Source of the DNA: a virus
Taxonomy: Duplodnaviria > Heunggongvirae > Uroviricota > Caudoviricetes
Length of the DNA: 64,000 nucleotides
Reading direction: 5' to 3' (one strand)
Virus record (IMG/VR): IMGVR_UViG_3300021400_004456
Under the pieces are notes generated by a model that saw nothing but the letters and a program-made list of their open reading frames with translations, was not told where the DNA came from and did not search any database. How positions within the stretch are numbered: position 1 is the stretch's first letter; each line of letters starts with the position of its first letter. Position numbers and translations under genes: made by a program. Below are positions 58,571-64,000 of this stretch, piece after piece.

Positions 58571-59065
58571 ATGGAATTTACTAATATTAATTATGACAGT
58601 TATATAAAAACTGATGAAGTTAAATTTGTGCTTACAAAATCAACTCCGTTAACTCATAGCGTAAAGCATATAGTTGATGATGCTAAACGTGTTGGAAAAT
58701 ATATTCCTTCATATGTTAGAAAAGCAACTAATGCTTACGTTGTAACGGACAAGGGTTTTGTATATGAATCTTACCTTTCCATAGAGTTATTATTGAAAAG
58801 ATTTAAGGAATGTGGAAAGGACTTTGTAACGTTGTCAAGCGGAAATTATATTTCTGCTGGACATATAAGTGCTGTTCTGGCTTATACTCAGACTTTAGTG
58901 GTTAAGTATGGGGAAAAGACTGGAATCACAAACAACGTCTTGCAGTTTGTGCGTCAATCAGGAGGAAAAAACAGTGTGATTTTGACAACTGATAATGAAA
59001 TGATTTGTTTGAGTGAAGACACATCAACTGTTGTTAAGGAATTAAAAGCCTTAAGCAAACAATAG
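58571..59065 (+). CDS. hypothetical protein
   Basis: ATG 58571 follows the stop of the upstream gene. The ORF-track 58493 start overlaps it. Confidence 0.5.
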   Translation: MEFTNINYDSYIKTDEVKFVLTKSTPLTHSVKHIVDDAKRVGKYIPSYVRKATNAYVVTDKGFVYESYLSIELLLKRFKECGKDFVTLSSGNYISAGHISAVLAYTQTLVVKYGEKTGITNNVLQFVRQSGGKNSVILTTDNEMICLSEDTSTVVKELKALSKQ

Positions 59066-59334
59066 TTGATCGGTCAAGTCAACTTTCAATGAAATATTAA
59101 GTAAAGTTAGATAAAAAACAATGGGTTTTCTGATAGTTTGGTCGTTGCAATTGTGTAGTGATTAAGTTCGCTATACAAGATAGGTTTCGATTGTTATTAA
59201 GATATTTGAAACATAGTAAGAATAAGCCAAAGCCAGTCAAATAATGATTGATATGGTTTACAAGAGATGTCTTGTTTTTGGACTAAAATTGCCTTGTTTT
59301 GTAATATTTCTTAAATTATTAAAAAGGGTGTGTT

Positions 59335-59347
59335 AAACACCTAATAT
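59335..59347 (+). promoter_or_regulatory. class-A motif
   Basis: aaacacctaatat, 66 nt before ATG 59413. Confidence 0.5.
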
Positions 59348-59412
59348 AGTATATCAATATTTGGTTTTGATAAAAACCACTTATTTTTATTGCCTGAGAA
59401 AAGGAGATTTGT

Positions 59413-59988
59413 ATGTCAAAACAATTTAAAAACTTAAAAACAGCTTTTAATATGCTAGACGCTCTTGAAAAAGAGTTGAATAGCAAAAAAGAATTAAAAA
59501 GACACACTAAAATCAAAGATGCATTCAAACAAAACTTTGATAGACTATACACTCTAGCTTATTATGATTTAAAATTCAATTTAGCGAATACTAATAAGCT
59601 TGTATCTGACCTTGATGATCCTAATATAATTGCAAATAGATTAATTTTTATTGATGCGACTAAATTCTTTGATCAATATTCATTAGGAAACACTCAACCA
59701 TTTACTGATTTTGAAAATAAAATAAAGTCAATTATTAAAAAATATAAAACTAAAAATTTATATATTTGTAATAATTATTTAATTATCTTAGCAGATAAAA
59801 AGATAGTTAAGGAACTTTATTATGATATAAAGAATATGAAAACAAAATCACCGTTTGATTTTGGAATTACATATATTAAGTATAAAAAATTAAGAAAAAC
59901 TCAAAAGAGTTTCAATTTATGCTTAGACCGTGCTACTAAGATTTTTAATGGCACTGAGGAAACTGGAGATGAAGAAAATGATGATTAA
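59413..59988 (+). CDS. hypothetical protein
   Basis: AAAGGAG RBS. Class-A motif at 59335-59347. Confidence 0.5.
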   Translation: MSKQFKNLKTAFNMLDALEKELNSKKELKRHTKIKDAFKQNFDRLYTLAYYDLKFNLANTNKLVSDLDDPNIIANRLIFIDATKFFDQYSLGNTQPFTDFENKIKSIIKKYKTKNLYICNNYLIILADKKIVKELYYDIKNMKTKSPFDFGITYIKYKKLRKTQKSFNLCLDRATKIFNGTEETGDEENDD

Positions 59989-61006
59989 AATACAAACATT
60001 TTTCAAAGAAACATTTATACCTTTTGTTAAAGGAAATCTTTTAAAATTGATAGTTGCTGGGGTAGGTATTATTTCAGCTATCGTTTTATGGATTGTTTTA
60101 GGGGTTAACGATGTTTCTTTTAATTATGTAAATCCTAAAACAGCATCCGATTTATATAATTTGAGTGGAGAGACTTATGTGGTTATCCCTTACACTCCTG
60201 ATATTGACGGTACTGTTTTTTTATTAAATGAGGCTAAAACCTTAAAAAGTAAATATAATGTTAATTATTACTTATTAGATTATTATCTTTATAAGAATGA
60301 TTTAATAAATAATATGGGAATGACAAATGTTCCTTGCTATTATGTATTTCATAGAACTGATAAATCAGATAAGTCTGCTGAATTCATTTATACATCTTAT
60401 GGAGAAATTCCTGCTAAATATTGGAATGAACAAATTAATTTAGCAATTACTTATGGTCTTCCAGTAACAGACAGTGCTACTGGCTCAAAAACAGTAGGAA
60501 ATTACGCTTTTAATTTAACGTCTTATAAAAATCTTAAGGATGAAACGAAAATCGTTTATACGCAAATCACTGATGAAAACGCATTAGTAGAAGAAGGAAA
60601 AGAATATTATGAATTTACAAACAATATTTATCAATTAAAAGAGTTAGAAGTTGGTTCATCCGCTTTAAATTATTATTTAAAAGGAGAACAAACTATTGAT
60701 AACGATGAAAATGATATTGTTTTTACATTTACAACTTCTTCATTAACTATTGTAGAATTAAATGAATTAGGAATATCTGCCGATTGGTTCGAAGTGCATC
60801 GTTACAATTCTACTGAAAAATATGAAATATTAGATGTATCTTATGAAAATAATTCCTCTGGCGGTGCAACCATTTATTTAACAATAGATGGAACATCGGC
60901 TGATGATATTAATCATTGGGTTTTATATTTTTATGCCGATAGTGAAAAACAAGTTTTCCAATATTGGAAATATAATTATTGGAAAGTAAGTGTAGAGAAA
61001 AACTAA
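59969..61006 (+). CDS. membrane-anchored protein
   Basis: GAGGA RBS 8 nt before ATG 59969. One N-terminal TM helix. Overlaps the upstream gene by 20 nt. Confidence 0.5.
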   Translation: MKKMMIKIQTFFKETFIPFVKGNLLKLIVAGVGIISAIVLWIVLGVNDVSFNYVNPKTASDLYNLSGETYVVIPYTPDIDGTVFLLNEAKTLKSKYNVNYYLLDYYLYKNDLINNMGMTNVPCYYVFHRTDKSDKSAEFIYTSYGEIPAKYWNEQINLAITYGLPVTDSATGSKTVGNYAFNLTSYKNLKDETKIVYTQITDENALVEEGKEYYEFTNNIYQLKELEVGSSALNYYLKGEQTIDNDENDIVFTFTTSSLTIVELNELGISADWFEVHRYNSTEKYEILDVSYENNSSGGATIYLTIDGTSADDINHWVLYFYADSEKQVFQYWKYNYWKVSVEKN

Positions 61007-61038
61007 AGTAAGTTTTAATAACTTACTTTTTCTTTTTT
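61006..61038 (+). terminator. Rho-independent terminator
   Basis: Stem aagtaagt/acttactt followed by a T-run. Confidence 0.6.
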
Positions 61039-61042
61039 AATA

Positions 61043-61055
61043 AACACCTAATGTT
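61043..61055 (+). promoter_or_regulatory. class-A motif (variant ..TAATGT)
   Basis: A class-B motif follows at 61081-61091, before ssb. Confidence 0.4.
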
Positions 61056-61158
61056 AATGCAACGAAAAATGTTTTTTATTTAAAAACATAATTCAACTGT
61101 ATATAAAATTATATATAGATAAAATATTCATTTAAAAATAATTTAGGAGGAAATAAAA

Positions 61159-61548
61159 ATGAATAATGTAGTTTTAATTGGAAGAATCACAAAGGATTTA
61201 GAAATCAGAGAAGCTGGTACATCTAAGGTAGTTAATTTTACTTTGGCAGTTGATAGAGGTATTAAGGATAAACAAGGCAACAAGCAAACTGACTTTATTA
61301 ATTGTCAAGCTTGGAATGCAACAGCAACTTATATGGGCACTTATTTAAAGAAGGGCAATTTAGTAGCTTTGGAAGGACGTATTCAAACTCGTCAATATCA
61401 AGATAACCAAGGTCAAACTCGTTATGTAACTGAGGTTGTTGCTGATCAAGTTAATAATTTAACTCCAAGATCAGCTGATGCTGGCTCAGCAAATGAAACT
61501 GAGGCTCCTGCTGATGTCGAAGTTACTGATGATGATTTACCATTCTAA
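61159..61548 (+). CDS. ssb: single-stranded DNA-binding protein
   Basis: OB-fold SSB N-terminus (MNNVVLIGRITKDLEIRE..) and acidic C-terminal tail ending DDDLPF. Confidence 0.85.
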   Translation: MNNVVLIGRITKDLEIREAGTSKVVNFTLAVDRGIKDKQGNKQTDFINCQAWNATATYMGTYLKKGNLVALEGRIQTRQYQDNQGQTRYVTEVVADQVNNLTPRSADAGSANETEAPADVEVTDDDLPF

Positions 61549-61565
61549 TCTTAAACTGAAAAATA

Positions 61566-61593
61566 AAGAACCTTTTAAAAGGTTCTTTTTTTC
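61566..61593 (+). terminator. Rho-independent terminator after ssb
   Basis: Stem agaacc/ggttct followed by tttttt. Confidence 0.7.
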
Positions 61594-61844
61594 TTAAAAA
61601 AAATTTTTTTCTTAAAAACATAAGAGTATCGTATATTCAAAGGGCTTACCGTAAGGAACCCGAATATTTAATATAGAGGAAATTATTAAATGAAGCGAGA
61701 AAATAAATATTTCGTGAAAACTACACTAATGTGTAGATGAATTTTGGTTCAGTCTACACATAACGGAAAGATATGTAGTAGGCTTTTATTATATAGATTA
61801 AAAAACCTATTGCTTTTCTCTCCTTTCGGCAAATAGATTTTTAA

Positions 61845-61876
61845 GAAACATCGTCAAAAGATGTTTCTTTTTTTAT
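61845..61876 (+). terminator. Rho-independent terminator
   Basis: Stem gaaacatc/gatgtttc followed by ttttttt. Confidence 0.7.
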
Positions 61877-61890
61877 TTATACATTTTTAG

Positions 61891-61901
61891 CAAAAACATA
61901 A
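61891..61901 (+). promoter_or_regulatory. class-B motif
   Basis: caaaaacataa, 41 nt before the helicase ATG 61942. Confidence 0.5.
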
Positions 61902-61941
61902 TAGACTTGAAAGAATTTATATAGAAGTGGAGAAAAAAATT

Positions 61942-64000
61942 ATGACTCAAATTAGAGGAAAAATTAAGAAAATTTTCCGTGGAAATGAAATGGAGCTTTG
62001 CTCTAATGTTTTCTTTTCATTGGAAGATGAAAATAAAAAGTTAATAAAATGTAGTGGTTTTGCTACAATTTATCTTGGTGAATATTGCATCATCGAAGGT
62101 GAAATGAATGCCAAAGAAATTTTTCAATTTTCATCATTTATGCCAGATTTCGAAAATATTTCCTCTAAAGAGGATATTTTGAAAAAGATTTTTGGCAAAG
62201 AAGCTAATTATAATTATATTAAAAGTATAATCATTGAAAAGTCTGGTAAGAAATTTGCCAATAAACTTGAACAAAACATTTATGTAATTAGAACAATTGT
62301 TAAAGCTTTTACTGATGGAAATAAAAAATTATTTACATCTACTGGTAAAATAAAAGCAACACTTGTTGACAAATATTTTACTAAGTGGAATAAAAACTTT
62401 GGCTTTTATACTTTCTTTGAAAGAATGTGTTCTTTAAAAATTCAATTGGATACGAAAGCTTGTTATTCTATTTATGCAAATAAAGCATTTCAAAGCAATG
62501 TTGATAATAATTTTGCTAGATTAGAAGCCAATCCATTTGAATTACTTTGCTTATCAAAAGTAAAGTTTGAGGCTATCGATATGTCATTTTGTAAAAATAA
62601 CGGCAATCCTAATGATCCTCGTAGAATTTATGGAGCTATTCTTTCTGTAATTAAAGATGATTTTGAAGCTGGAAATAACTACAATACTTATGATTTCTTT
62701 GTTGAAAAAGCAATGGCCAAATTAAAATCTCCTTTATATCCATCTATTGAAATTTCAAAAGAAGATGTTGCTAATGGTTTCAAAAAACTATATCAAAATC
62801 AAATAATTTCAGTAGATAAAGATAAGAATGTTTATCTTTACGAAAACTTTAAAAAGGAAGAATTTATTCGTTCTTATGTTTTAAAGAATAAGGATATTAC
62901 TTATCCAGGACATAATTATGATAAAATTATTATGGATTATGAAGAAGAAAAACATATAAAATTTGGTCGTGATCAAAAGAAAGGAATTATAAATTGTTTA
63001 AACAACAAATTATCAATTCTTACGGGAGGTGCTGGAACAGGTAAGACATCAACCTTATCTGCAATTTTGTACTTCCTAATTCACAATTTTGGTATTGAAC
63101 CAAAAAGAATTGCTTTAGCTGCCCCTACTGGTAAAGCCGCTCAGCGTATGACAGCAACTATCAGAAAAAATTTAGGAACAGATGAAATGATAGCATCTAC
63201 AATTCACGTTTTGTTAAAACCAAGACTTGAATATGTTGGAGATGAAGACAACTTCTATTACAATGAAAATAATAAATTAGAAAATTATGATTTATTTGTA
63301 GTAGATGAAACTTCAATGTTAGACCATAACATTGCTTATCATTATTTGGCTGCAATTCCCTCACACGCAAGAGTTATTTTTATGGGTGATACTGAACAAT
63401 TACCGCCAGTTAAAAACGGATATTTCTTACGTGATTTAATGGAATCAGGCGTAGCTCAAGTAGACTTAAAGGAAACATTCCGTCAAAAAGGTGATTCAAC
63501 AATTCTCGAAATTGCAACAGGTGTAAGAAATTGTAAACTTACTACTGGTGTATTTAATAAGAAGAGTGATTACTTATTTGTAGAATTTCCTAAAACTATG
63601 ACTTTCCAACAAAAAGTTAGTAAGATTGTTGATTTCTACTGTGCTTCTGTAAAGAAAACATCTACAGAAGAAAAGCCAATGAACTTAGATGATACAATGA
63701 TATTATGTCCAACTAAATCACTTTCAAAAACAAGAGATACTTTTAATACTAAAATCATTAATGCGGAAGTACAAAAACGTCTTCTTCCAGATAAAGAAGG
63801 AGAATACAAATTTCAAAAGAATGATGAATGGTTTAAGGTTGGTAGTAAAGTAATTATTACTAAAAATAATTATGCTATCAACTGTATCAATGGTGATATT
63901 GGATATATCAAAGAAATCAATCAAGAAGAAAAACAAGTTACTATTCAAATTGATGATGGTAGAGTTGTTACTCTTGAAGCTGATGATTTGAACCATTTAC
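61942..64000 (+). CDS. RecD-like SF1 DNA helicase with N-terminal extension (3' end truncated by window)
   Basis: Walker A LTGGAGTGKT, Walker B VVDETSM, and GDTEQLPPV motifs. There is no stop before the window end, so it is absent from the ORF track. Confidence 0.7.
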   Translation, partial: MTQIRGKIKKIFRGNEMELCSNVFFSLEDENKKLIKCSGFATIYLGEYCIIEGEMNAKEIFQFSSFMPDFENISSKEDILKKIFGKEANYNYIKSIIIEKSGKKFANKLEQNIYVIRTIVKAFTDGNKKLFTSTGKIKATLVDKYFTKWNKNFGFYTFFERMCSLKIQLDTKACYSIYANKAFQSNVDNNFARLEANPFELLCLSKVKFEAIDMSFCKNNGNPNDPRRIYGAILSVIKDDFEAGNNYNTYDFFVEKAMAKLKSPLYPSIEISKEDVANGFKKLYQNQIISVDKDKNVYLYENFKKEEFIRSYVLKNKDITYPGHNYDKIIMDYEEEKHIKFGRDQKKGIINCLNNKLSILTGGAGTGKTSTLSAILYFLIHNFGIEPKRIALAAPTGKAAQRMTATIRKNLGTDEMIASTIHVLLKPRLEYVGDEDNFYYNENNKLENYDLFVVDETSMLDHNIAYHYLAAIPSHARVIFMGDTEQLPPVKNGYFLRDLMESGVAQVDLKETFRQKGDSTILEIATGVRNCKLTTGVFNKKSDYLFVEFPKTMTFQQKVSKIVDFYCASVKKTSTEEKPMNLDDTMILCPTKSLSKTRDTFNTKIINAEVQKRLLPDKEGEYKFQKNDEWFKVGSKVIITKNNYAINCINGDIGYIKEINQEEKQVTIQIDDGRVVTLEADDLNHL

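Noticed and set aside
59066-59412. Slightly GC-richer 350-bp non-coding region before gene 59413 as a possible sRNA or foreign insert
   Set aside because: There is no convincing hairpin/terminator pair or repeat structure. Only a class-A motif lies at its 3' end, which is too little to call.
1-64000. CRISPR arrays, IS elements, integrase or att sites
   Set aside because: There are no regularly spaced direct repeats with unique spacers. There is no transposase or recombinase-like ORF and no terminal inverted repeats. The only repeats are the promoter motifs, terminators and short tandem duplications.

Overview
This is a 64 kb window of AT-rich DNA (roughly 28-30% GC by eye) with a compact, almost entirely plus-strand gene organisation. 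The only convincing minus-strand gene is 31285..31698. Nearly every intergenic gap carries a Rho-independent terminator followed by one or both of two recurring motifs that sit 30-50 nt upstream of start codons: AAACACCTAATAT (class A, at least 15 copies) and TTAAAACATAA(T/A) (class B, about 37 copies).

Recognisable products form a DNA replication, recombination and nucleotide-metabolism module:
- PolC-type DNA polymerase (43808..48319)
- DnaG-like primase (27424..28635)
- NAD-dependent ligase LigA (31780..33759)
- anaerobic ribonucleotide reductase NrdD (35762..37957) and its activase NrdG (6720..7241)
- type IA topoisomerase (54686..56818)
- SSB (61159..61548)
- ERF-family single-strand annealing protein (53788..54576)
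- RecD-like SF1 helicase (61942..>64000)
- guanylate kinase (14154..14768)
- a Thg1-like 3'-5' nucleotidyltransferase (1406..2215)

Between these lie many secreted or lipobox (L-x-S-C) proteins. They include two S1-family serine proteases, an inactive protease paralog, a flotillin-like SPFH protein, an HMA metal-binding domain protein, a DUF488 protein, a possible divergent sigma factor, and a 1389-aa acidic coiled-coil membrane protein.

I found no tRNA, rRNA, CRISPR array, transposase or integrase. My reading is a segment of a large lytic phage or phage-like element of a low-GC, anaerobic, PolC-using host, but host and phage family cannot be assigned from sequence alone. All homology statements come from motif recognition by eye, not database searches.

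The most unusual items are:
- an ORF-free ~950 bp island (33780..34740) carrying three covarying copies of a two-hairpin GATC...GATCGAGT RNA-like module with promoter-like and terminator-like elements, i.e. candidate small structured RNAs;
- the two-class promoter-motif grammar;
- a 125-codon open frame with no start codon that can only be reached by a -1 shift at an A6 run from a 26-aa upstream ORF (2977..3422).
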